Shown here piece by piece: positions 24,240 to 32,000 of a DNA stretch of 32,000 bases. Numbering within the stretch: position 1 is the stretch's first letter; every line of letters begins with the position of its first letter. The stretch spans positions 21,801-53,800 of the forward strand of contig JAPPNJ010000161.1 of NCBI GenBank assembly GCA_028818705.1, in the 5' to 3' direction. A model generated the notes under the pieces. It was not told where the DNA came from. It made no database searches and was given only the letters and a program-made list of their open reading frames with translations. A program made the translations under genes and the position numbers. This DNA comes from Candidatus Poribacteria bacterium (GTDB taxonomy: Bacteria; Poribacteria; WGA-4E; WGA-3G).

Positions 24240-25286
24240 CTACGATGCATCCTCCAACTCTTGGATTTTTGCTTCAAGTTCAGCAACCCGCTTTTGAAGT
24301 TTAGCGAAGTCGGGAAGCACTTCTGGCAATTTGCGGGTCGCGGCGTGAATTCGCAATTCCTGCTTATGTGGACGCGCCGGGAATCCGGAAAGATGGCTTC
24401 CCGCAGGCATATCCTTTGTGACTGCGGATTTTGCGTAAACAACACTATCTTCGCCGAGCGTCAAATGGCCTGCTGCACCGGCGTGGCCTGCGATATTTAC
24501 CCGGTCGCCGAGTATGGTACTACCAGCGATTCCGGCTTGTGCCGCAAGACAGCAATCTTCTCCAATGATGACGTTGTGTGCGATTTGAACGAGATTGTCC
24601 AGTTTGGTGCCACGTTTGATAAGTGTTTCAGAGAGTGTTGCTCTATCAATGGTGGTATTCGCGCCGATCTCAACATCGTCTTCAATGACTACAGTCCCAA
24701 TCTGTGGGATTTTATGGTGTCGGTTGCTAACCGGTGCGAATCCAAAACCGTCGCTGCCGATCACAGCGCCGCAGTGAATAATTACCCGATCACCGATGGT
24801 TACCTCTTCGCGGATGCTGACGTGTGGGTAGATAAGTCCATCGGCACCGATTTTAGTGCCTTCGCCGATATAGACAAAGGGCTGAATGACAGTATCATTA
24901 CCGATTTCGACGTTGTCGGCGATATAGGCGAATGCTTGAATTGAGACACGCTCGCCAAGTTTAACGTTCTTTCCTATAATTGCTGTTTTATCAACACCGG
25001 GAAGGGCACGCGGGTTTTTGTCCCATGAAAACATTTCTAAAACTTTTACGAAAGCCCAGTACGGATTTTCAACACGAATCGTCGGCTTTCCGTTACCGTT
25101 AACACCTTGACCAATGATAATCGCGCCAGCTTGCGTCGTTGCAATAGCAGCGAGGTACTTCGGGTTGGCAACAAAGGTAATCTGAGTCGGAAGCGCTTCG
25201 TTGATTCCAGAGACTCCTGTAATTTCAATATCACCATCCCCGGACAGATCGCCATTTAGGCGTTCACAAATTTCCTTAAGTTTCAT
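24240..25286 (-). CDS. lpxD: UDP-3-O-acylglucosamine N-acyltransferase
   Basis: LpxD N-terminal domain (ITGVSGINEALPTQITFVANPKY), a long left-handed beta-helix of hexapeptide repeats, and a C-terminal helical tail. Confidence 0.9.
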   Translation of the reverse strand: MKLKEICERLNGDLSGDGDIEITGVSGINEALPTQITFVANPKYLAAIATTQAGAIIIGQGVNGNGKPTIRVENPYWAFVKVLEMFSWDKNPRALPGVDKTAIIGKNVKLGERVSIQAFAYIADNVEIGNDTVIQPFVYIGEGTKIGADGLIYPHVSIREEVTIGDRVIIHCGAVIGSDGFGFAPVSNRHHKIPQIGTVVIEDDVEIGANTTIDRATLSETLIKRGTKLDNLVQIAHNVIIGEDCCLAAQAGIAGSTILGDRVNIAGHAGAAGHLTLGEDSVVYAKSAVTKDMPAGSHLSGFPARPHKQELRIHAATRKLPEVLPDFAKLQKRVAELEAKIQELEDAS

Positions 25287-25350
25287 ACGCGTTCAGCCAT
25301 AATCCTTTCTCCGTAGATTGAAGGTTTCGACGGAGTGTAGGCAGTGAGCG

Positions 25351-25911
25351 TTATTCGGAGGTTTCTTTGGTTTCTTCGTTCATCAAGCCGACTAACCGTT
25401 GTGTTAGGTCAAAATCTTCTTTTACATAGAGCGTGATGAGTCGTTTTTCGAGGATGATGTCAAAGTTTTCGGATTTGCCGACTTTGACAATTAGTTCCTG
25501 AAGACTGTTGTAAATCGGTTCCATCAATTCCTGTTCTTTTTCAAGGAGTGCTTGTTGTCCGATTTCAACTTCACGCTGGTATTCCTGTTGTTTGAGACGA
25601 ATTTCGTTGTCCAGATCCGCGGTTTGTGCCCTTTCTACAAAGAGTTCGGTTTTTGCCTTCTTTTCTTGTAGCGTCCGGATTTCCTCACCCAATTTATCCA
25701 ACTTTGTCTTCAGACGTTCACTTGCTGCTTTAAGTATGTCGGTCGCATCCGTTGCTTGTTTAGAGCCTTCCAAAACGATTTGTGTGTTCACGACTCCGAT
25801 TTTGAAAGATTCTTGCCCGATACTGCTCGGACTGAAACAGAAAGCGACGAGAGCGATAGTTAATAACAGAGTCAGGCGTGCTTCGCAAGCACCCAACTGT
25901 AGTGATTTCAT
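25351..25911 (-). CDS. skp: OmpH/Skp periplasmic chaperone
   Basis: It has a signal peptide and a coiled-coil-rich body of about 160 aa. It sits in the conserved position between bamA and lpxD. Confidence 0.8.
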   Translation of the reverse strand: MKSLQLGACEARLTLLLTIALVAFCFSPSSIGQESFKIGVVNTQIVLEGSKQATDATDILKAASERLKTKLDKLGEEIRTLQEKKAKTELFVERAQTADLDNEIRLKQQEYQREVEIGQQALLEKEQELMEPIYNSLQELIVKVGKSENFDIILEKRLITLYVKEDFDLTQRLVGLMNEETKETSE

Positions 25912-25998
25912 AGTAAAATCCTTTCTCTTGAGAAAGAGATTGGTAATCTTATCTTTAATAATAACAAGGACACCTCAGAAGAGGTGCCCATAATTCCG

Positions 25999-28470
25999 TT
26001 AGAAACCCGGTCCAACTGTAAAGTGGAACTTACCAGCCGGTTGACCAGTAATCCGATCCAAACCGTATCCCCAACCCAGTCTAACCAACATACCTAACAT
26101 CGTGAAACGTGCTTCAACACCGAGACCGCGTTTCATGTTGATCTGGCTAAATGGATTGCGCACGTTTTCATCCCATACTTGTCCGATATCAAAAAACGCA
26201 GCCGCTGTAAGCTGCTGTGAAATAGGAACGCGGTACTCAAAGTTTGCAAAGAATACTTTATCACCGCCATACGGATTGATGACCCCTGATTCGTCTGGAT
26301 CGGGATAAATTTCCCAGTCTTCGTAACCCCGAACGGAGTCTACGCCACCGAGGAAAAAGCGTTCATAGAATAAGAAGTAGGAATCGGTGCTTTTACTGCG
26401 CATGTAACCAGCACGTCCATGGACAGCAATGACATGGTTCCACCATCCGCTGTAGAACCAACTCGTATCTGCATAATATTTCTGGAATTGGTTGTCGGCG
26501 CCCAAAATACCACCTGAGTACTCATAAGAAAGCGTATGAAATGATCCAGCCATTGGGTCGAACAGCGAAGTGCGATAGTCTCGTGTATCCCTTCCCAAGG
26601 CGAACCGAATACTACGAGTGGAGCGACTGTACAGTTCATTTTCCTCGTTATTCAACCGCTGCGTACTCGTTTCAACGTGTTCATTACGGAAACTCACAGA
26701 GGCATCGATGTCATGTCCGAGAGGGTGCCCAAGCGTCAGAGATGCCCCTCTCCGACTCCACATATAGCGGTCGGAGTTATAATAATTGCCGTAGAGACTC
26801 CGACTCCGAAGGGCTGATCCTACTGTTCCGTAGTAGCGGCGGAAGCGTCTATTATTGTAAAGACGCGCGTTCAAACGGGTTGGGGTGCCCATAATCCACG
26901 GTGTTCCGAAACTGAGCTCAGCTGTGTGATGATCACGGGTCCCTAATTCTCCTTTTAGGTGAACGCGGTAGGCGCGCCCACGGAAATTATTTTGACCTAC
27001 TTCTGCTACACCAAAAATACCACCCTCACTACCGTAACCGCCTCCGAGACTGAGCATACCTGTCCGGGGAGTTTCGGCGATATTTACCTTTAATTCCTGT
27101 CGGTTTTCATGATCAGTGGGGCTTGGCACAAAGTCAACAGCACGAATAAAGGATCCCATCTGGAACAATCGTTGTCGTGCTTTGCGTAGGGACTTCACAT
27201 CCAATAATTCGTCGGATTTAATGCCCAGCCAATCCAATTCACGTTTGACAACATATTCCTTTGTTTTTTCTAACCCTGTAATGGTTACTTTATCAATGAT
27301 TGTGATGTCACCTTCGTTAATTTTCAAGGTGATGTTAACCACACCGTCTGCTTCATCAAAAGTAGGCGTTGGTACGACTGCCGCCAGCAGATAGCCTTTA
27401 TCAAGGTATGCCTGCTGTAATTTTCCGATGGACTCGTCAAAGGTCGCACGGTTAAAAATCTCACCTTCTGCTGGGTCGATCATACCGCGTATCTTCTTTT
27501 CCGAGAAGAGCGTTTTTGCCCCGGCTTCCAGCTCAAGTGTGTAGGAGCCGACGATGAATTCGGGGCCTTCATCAACCGTAATATCCAGCATCAAGCCTGT
27601 TTTGTCTTCTGTAAATCGTTTTTCATAGCCCAAGATTTTTATCTGAGCAAATCCGAGATCTTGATAGTAATTGCGGAGATTCAGGGATAAATCTTCTTCT
27701 TCAAACAACCCCTGATCGAACGGTTTACCCGTGCGGGTTTTGAGTTTCTTCAGCAGTTTACTACCTGAAACCCGATCGTTTCCGATGAAGTTGATTTCCT
27801 CGATTCGCACCCGCGGACCTTCATTTATCTCGAACGTAACCTGGACAGTGTTTTCCTCAAGGTCTCTATCTCCTAAGTGTGTCTGGATGCCAACGAGGTA
27901 ATAGCCCTTTTCGTGGTAGAGTTGCCTCAGTGCGCGTTCGCTTTCCCATCGGCGTCGGTCACTATAAATTTCGGAGGGACGGAGTGTAATCTCATCCTTG
28001 AGTTTACCGGTTCCCAAGTTTTCATTTCCGATGATGTTGATCCCAGAGATCTTTGGACTTTCGACGACTTTATAAACAATTTCAAGCCCACCTTCGTCAA
28101 CAGGCTTCACATTGATCTCAAGTTCAGAAAAGAAACCTGTATCTTTGTAAAGACTTTTCAGGTCCTCGGTGAGAAGTTCTTCAGAGACTTCAGCCCCGAT
28201 CTGCGTCTGAATAAGGGTGCGCAGCATGTCTTCGGAGGTGGTTTTCACACCTTCAAATGAGATTTTTCTCACGAGGAGCATAGCATCGACAGACAGCGTG
28301 GGTGCGCTTGCTGAGGTGTTTTCTTCTGTCTTAGTCTCTTCTGACTGTTCGACAGCGCCGGCAGCTTGGGGACCAAAAACTACATCTGCCTCTTCTTCTG
28401 CAAAGACAGCGGTTGCCGTAAGTCCAATGATTACACTTATCAGAACAAGAAAGTTTTTCAGCGCATCCAT
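25999..28470 (-). CDS. bamA: Outer membrane protein assembly factor BamA
   Basis: Signal peptide MDALKNFLVLISVIIGLTATAVFA (ATG 28470, AGGAGG 10 nt upstream), repeated POTRA-like units, and a C-terminal Omp85 barrel ending in GKFHFTVGPGF. Confidence 0.9.
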   Translation of the reverse strand: MDALKNFLVLISVIIGLTATAVFAEEEADVVFGPQAAGAVEQSEETKTEENTSASAPTLSVDAMLLVRKISFEGVKTTSEDMLRTLIQTQIGAEVSEELLTEDLKSLYKDTGFFSELEINVKPVDEGGLEIVYKVVESPKISGINIIGNENLGTGKLKDEITLRPSEIYSDRRRWESERALRQLYHEKGYYLVGIQTHLGDRDLEENTVQVTFEINEGPRVRIEEINFIGNDRVSGSKLLKKLKTRTGKPFDQGLFEEEDLSLNLRNYYQDLGFAQIKILGYEKRFTEDKTGLMLDITVDEGPEFIVGSYTLELEAGAKTLFSEKKIRGMIDPAEGEIFNRATFDESIGKLQQAYLDKGYLLAAVVPTPTFDEADGVVNITLKINEGDITIIDKVTITGLEKTKEYVVKRELDWLGIKSDELLDVKSLRKARQRLFQMGSFIRAVDFVPSPTDHENRQELKVNIAETPRTGMLSLGGGYGSEGGIFGVAEVGQNNFRGRAYRVHLKGELGTRDHHTAELSFGTPWIMGTPTRLNARLYNNRRFRRYYGTVGSALRSRSLYGNYYNSDRYMWSRRGASLTLGHPLGHDIDASVSFRNEHVETSTQRLNNEENELYSRSTRSIRFALGRDTRDYRTSLFDPMAGSFHTLSYEYSGGILGADNQFQKYYADTSWFYSGWWNHVIAVHGRAGYMRSKSTDSYFLFYERFFLGGVDSVRGYEDWEIYPDPDESGVINPYGGDKVFFANFEYRVPISQQLTAAAFFDIGQVWDENVRNPFSQINMKRGLGVEARFTMLGMLVRLGWGYGLDRITGQPAGKFHFTVGPGF

Positions 28471-28565
28471 AATTAAATATCCTCCTATATCACCATAACT
28501 TTCCGCGGGTCTGCGGATGTCGCACTTGAAATTGAGACGCCGTCGTCCGGTTTCTCCGAAGTCTG

Positions 28566-29447
28566 TCATGCCTCAGACGGATAAATCAGGGTTCCGTAAT
28601 TATTTGCGAATTGCCTGAATGCAGCGATAAGTTTCTGTGTCACCTTGCCGGGTTGTCCATCCCCGATGACGCGTTGGTCAACTTTCACAACAGGAATAAC
28701 CTCGGCGGCGGTGCCGGTTAAAAAGATTTCATCAGCAATAAAGAGGTCGTGCCGTGTAAAGACGCGCTCTTCTACCTGCATCCCTGCCTCACGCGCAAGA
28801 TCAATGACACTATTCCGGGTAACGCCCTCCAGAATCCCTATGTGGACTGGTGGTGTAACCAGTACCTCGTTCTTTATCCAGAAAATATTATCACCACTAC
28901 ATTCAACAACATAGCCTTCGGCGTTCAGCATCAACACCTCTTCTGCCCCGGCTTGTTTTCCCTCAATTTTCGCTAAGATATTATTTAGATAGTTCAATGA
29001 CTTGATACGCGGATTAATGGCTTCTGCATAATTGCGTCGAATCGCTACAGTTACGATCTCAAGTCCTTCTTCATAGAATTTCGGTGGATAGAGGGCGATC
29101 TTGTCGGCGATAATAATGATGCTCGGCGTTGGGCATTTATCCGGATCCAACCCCAGATCCCCTACGCCACGAGTGACCACCAATCGAATATAAGCTTCTG
29201 TGAGGTGGTTGAGCCGGAGTGTTTCCAGGACCCTTTCCTTCATCGTTTCGATAGGAATAGGAATCTGTAACATAATCGATTTAGCGGAATCGTAAAGTCG
29301 TTCGAGGTGCTCGTCGAGTTTAAAAACTCTACCGTTGTAGGAACGGATGCCCTCAAAAACACCGTCGCCGTAAAGCAAACCGTGATCAAACACCGAGACT
29401 TTCGCCTCTGCTTTTGGTAAAAATTCTCCGTCGATATAAATCAACAT
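28566..29447 (-). CDS. ilvE: Branched-chain amino acid aminotransferase (class IV PLP fold)
   Basis: MLIYIDGEFLPKAEAKVSVFDHGLLYGDGVFEGIRSYNGRVFKLDEHLERL and GITR-like motifs. ATG 29447 is preferred over the longer ORF. Confidence 0.85.
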   Translation of the reverse strand: MLIYIDGEFLPKAEAKVSVFDHGLLYGDGVFEGIRSYNGRVFKLDEHLERLYDSAKSIMLQIPIPIETMKERVLETLRLNHLTEAYIRLVVTRGVGDLGLDPDKCPTPSIIIIADKIALYPPKFYEEGLEIVTVAIRRNYAEAINPRIKSLNYLNNILAKIEGKQAGAEEVLMLNAEGYVVECSGDNIFWIKNEVLVTPPVHIGILEGVTRNSVIDLAREAGMQVEERVFTRHDLFIADEIFLTGTAAEVIPVVKVDQRVIGDGQPGKVTQKLIAAFRQFANNYGTLIYPSEA

Positions 29448-29529
29448 ATACGTTTCCTTCCACGCGAGCGACGCTTTTCGACATTCAATTTTGAAAACTC
29501 GCATGCTGTGCCGAAAAACTCACCCTTTA

Positions 29530-30255
29530 TTAATTCTCCCTTACCTCCGATTTACCAAGCGAGGCTTCGGAGTCAACGACCTTTCCATCAACGAGTTTGA
29601 CAATCCTGTCAACTTGCTGGGCAAGTTCCTGATTGTGAGTGACGATAATAAATGCTTGTCCAGATTTAGCGTTCAAATCCCATAGCAGCTCCAGCACTGT
29701 CTCACTGCTGCGCCGATCAAGATTCCCTGTGGGCTCATCAGCGAGTACAACTCTCGGTTGGTTAATCAACGCACGTGCAATCGCGACGCGTTGCCTTTCA
29801 CCCCCGGACAACTGGCTCGGATAGTGCAAACATCTTTCGGCAAGCCCAACATAGTCGAGCAGTGCTTCAGCCTCTTTATAAACCGTCTTATGATTCGGTG
29901 TTGTGATTAAGGCACCCATTGCAACATTTTCAAGCGCAGTAAATTCCGGCAATAGGTGATGAAATTGAAACACAAAACCGATTTCTTTATTCCGAAAGCC
30001 AGCGAGGTCTTTATCGGGTAAGTTGAAGACATCATCTTCGTCGTATAAAACATGTCCTGCTGTTGGTCTGTCAAGTGTGCCGATGATATGGAGCAACGTA
30101 CTTTTCCCGACACCCGATGCACCTACAATAGCAAGTAATTCCGATTTGTACACATCAAGATTTATGCCTTGAAGCACTCGAAGTTCCGCCTCACCATCGT
30201 AATAGGATTTGTGTAAATCTGTAATACGGATGAGTACTTCTGCCGAATTTTTCAC
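29530..30255 (-). CDS. lolD: Lipoprotein-releasing system ATP-binding protein (ABC ATPase)
   Basis: Walker A GASGVGKST, signature LSGGERQRVAIARAL, and Walker B VVLADEPTGNLD. GTG start. It is adjacent to a LolC/E-type permease. Confidence 0.85.
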   Translation of the reverse strand: MKNSAEVLIRITDLHKSYYDGEAELRVLQGINLDVYKSELLAIVGASGVGKSTLLHIIGTLDRPTAGHVLYDEDDVFNLPDKDLAGFRNKEIGFVFQFHHLLPEFTALENVAMGALITTPNHKTVYKEAEALLDYVGLAERCLHYPSQLSGGERQRVAIARALINQPRVVLADEPTGNLDRRSSETVLELLWDLNAKSGQAFIIVTHNQELAQQVDRIVKLVDGKVVDSEASLGKSEVREN

Positions 30256-30274
30256 AAATCACTCTTTTCTTAAG

Positions 30275-31735
30275 TTATTCATGCTGCAAGGCTTCAACTG
30301 GTTTCAGGTTCGCCGCCTGCCATGCTGGATAGAGCGTCGCAAGCCAGCAGATCATAAATGAAAGCACATTGATAAAGATAACAAAAAACCAATTCACCTT
30401 AATCGGCATTTGATTCATCTGGTAGATGTGACTAAGTCCGAGTTCTGCAAACGAAATCGGTCTGACAGCGCAGTAAAGTGCAAAACCTATGCCGATGATC
30501 CATAAAGCGCCGACTGCGAACTTCCACCCGCCTTTGTGCGGCAACACGCTCCACAATGCGATGAGGACCTGTAAAAGAATTGGCACAACGAGGACGAGGG
30601 CATACCAATAAGAAGGACGCACGGTATTGGCACTCAATAACCAACACAGCGCGAGTCCCAAGGCGGTACCCAGCATCGTCCCAAGCATCCCAATCACACT
30701 TCCTTGAATCATGAAGATTCTCATGATATTGCTGCGGGATGATCCGAGTGTTCTCAGCGTTCCAATGTCCTTCGTCTTTTCCATCACCGTCATAATCAGT
30801 GTACTTGCGATGTTGAAAGATGCCACCAAAATGATAAGTGCCTCGATAATAGTCGTTGCTATTTTTTCCAATCGGAGTGCTGAGAAGAGCGGTGCCTGTA
30901 TCTCCATCCACGTTCTCGCATCTGGCATCCCTTCCAAGACGCTAAATCGAACGCTGTCCTCAATCTTTCTCGCGATCTGCGGTGCTAATTCGGGATCATT
31001 TAATCGGACAAAAATCGTATTGATCCGGTTCGCTTTATTATACAACTTTTGGGCATCATTTATATGGATAAACCCAAAGTTGTTATCATAAACCGCCATT
31101 TCGGATTCGTATAATCCAATCACGACGAAGTTCGCCAGATCCGGTACCAGCATTGATTCATTCACGGGGTGCTTCACGAGTTTAACGACGAGTCGCAAAA
31201 CATCGCCTTTGATAATACCGAGACGGGCAGCCAAACGCCCCCCAAGAACAACACCTCCAGTGATTGTTTCATTCCTGATGAGCCGAGCGCTTTCAATAAA
31301 CTCTGAGTTTTTGAAGTCAGTTGACCCCGACACCAATTCTGAGAAACCCGTGACTGCGTTTTCCTGAACTGGATCGACGCCTTTAATGTAGATTACGTCC
31401 TGAATGGTATCGCTATATTCCGGAAAAACCCCAATCTGTGCCAAGATGACAGGGGATGTGGCTACAACTTCGTCAATTGACTGAATCTGTGCTATTCGTT
31501 TCTGGTAATTACCAAAAAAGCTGTGATCGTGCAAACGGAAAACAACGTGTGCTTCATTTGCGAGAAATCGATCTCTTAATCCGTGTTCAACACCGTCTAA
31601 CACAGCGATGACGAGAATCACTGTTGCTACACCGAGTGCGACACCACCTATAGAGATAATACTAATAATTGAAATAAAAGACTGTTTTCGCCGAGAACGC
31701 AGATAGCGGGCAGCTACGAACCATTCAAATCTCAT
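30275..31735 (-). CDS. LolC/LolE-type (FtsX/MacB fold) ABC permease with an extra hydrophobic insertion
   Basis: N-terminal MRFEWFVAARYLRSRRKQSFIS, a periplasmic domain, an FtsX domain (MEKTKDIGTLRTLG) and a C-terminal YPAWQAANLKPVEAL. At 486 aa it is longer than typical LolC/E. Confidence 0.8.
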   Translation of the reverse strand: MRFEWFVAARYLRSRRKQSFISIISIISIGGVALGVATVILVIAVLDGVEHGLRDRFLANEAHVVFRLHDHSFFGNYQKRIAQIQSIDEVVATSPVILAQIGVFPEYSDTIQDVIYIKGVDPVQENAVTGFSELVSGSTDFKNSEFIESARLIRNETITGGVVLGGRLAARLGIIKGDVLRLVVKLVKHPVNESMLVPDLANFVVIGLYESEMAVYDNNFGFIHINDAQKLYNKANRINTIFVRLNDPELAPQIARKIEDSVRFSVLEGMPDARTWMEIQAPLFSALRLEKIATTIIEALIILVASFNIASTLIMTVMEKTKDIGTLRTLGSSRSNIMRIFMIQGSVIGMLGTMLGTALGLALCWLLSANTVRPSYWYALVLVVPILLQVLIALWSVLPHKGGWKFAVGALWIIGIGFALYCAVRPISFAELGLSHIYQMNQMPIKVNWFFVIFINVLSFMICWLATLYPAWQAANLKPVEALQHE

Positions 31736-31744
31736 TGATGTACC

Positions 31745-32000
31745 TTAGGACGAGGTAGGGACTAATGGGTCGAAGTCTGCTTTTAAGATCCCGTATACCA
31801 TTGAATCCTCAAAATTATCCCATCTCTTTGTATGTTGTCGGAGGCACCCTTCGTAGCGCATCCCAATTTTTTCCATAACACGTCCGGAAGCAGCGTTTCG
31901 TTTGAAATGGTAAGCGTGAATTCGATTTAGCTTTAACACTTTAAAACTATACGCAACAACAGCCCGTGCTGCCTCGGTAGTATAACCACGATTCCAATAA
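31745..32000 (-). CDS. GNAT family N-acetyltransferase (RimJ/RimL-like), 5'-partial at the window edge
   Basis: The reading frame is open to position 32000 (YWNRGYTTEAARAVVAYSFKVLKLNRIHAYHFKRNAASGRVMEKIGMRYEG). Confidence 0.7.
   Translation of the reverse strand, partial: YWNRGYTTEAARAVVAYSFKVLKLNRIHAYHFKRNAASGRVMEKIGMRYEGCLRQHTKRWDNFEDSMVYGILKADFDPLVPTSS

Noticed and set aside
23936-24445. Full 169-aa ORF from the track
   Set aside because: Its 5' two-thirds overlaps the 3' end of lpxD in another frame and gives a low-complexity, basic translation. Only the part from ATG 24220 is considered, and that with low confidence, in the findings.
24222-24944. 240-aa plus-strand ORF opposite lpxD
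   Set aside because: It is antisense to the hexapeptide-repeat gene, where repeat periodicity keeps alternative frames open. It has no motifs.

Overview
The window splits into two parts. About 1-13,000 is an accessory, defence-island-like region that looks more AT-rich. About 13,100-32,000 is housekeeping sequence from a diderm (Gram-negative-type) bacterium. No rRNA, tRNA, CRISPR array, transposase or integrase was found.

Accessory region. All genes lie on the minus strand except the first.
- A hypothetical, possibly phage-derived gene sits behind an operator-like palindrome.
- A VapBC-type PIN toxin-antitoxin pair follows.
- Next is a decayed DUF433/DUF5615 toxin-antitoxin pair whose toxin is frameshifted and truncated.
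- An intergenic region carries CGCGGATT-type repeats.
- Then comes a co-directional, tightly spaced four-gene block: PLD(HKD)-SNF2 helicase (1095 aa), an orphan antidote-type HTH protein, a 1193-aa Eco57I/PglX-like N6-adenine DNA methyltransferase, and a TIR-TPR protein (574 aa).
- A Uma2 (DUF820) endonuclease gene lies upstream of the block.

This block is the best candidate for an undescribed composite anti-phage system. It resembles pieces of DISARM class 1 and type IIG restriction-modification, but lacks the hallmark genes of DISARM (DrmA/DrmB) and BREX (PglZ/BrxC/BrxL). It ends in a TIR effector-like gene.

Housekeeping region. Genes called here:
- cytochrome P460-like lipoprotein
- SMP-30 lactonase
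- SAM methyltransferase
- tandem PurS
- PIG-L deacetylase
- a small dihaem cytochrome
- prmA, dnaJ and grpE
- a PcrB/GGGP-synthase homologue
- a TrmH-family methyltransferase
- a DGGGP-synthase-like UbiA prenyltransferase
- lpxD, skp and bamA
- ilvE
- lolD and a lolC/E-type permease
- a partial GNAT gene

The second notable observation is that archaeal-type ether-lipid genes sit directly downstream of bamA-skp-lpxD.

All functional calls come from motif recognition by eye in the supplied translations. No database search was run.
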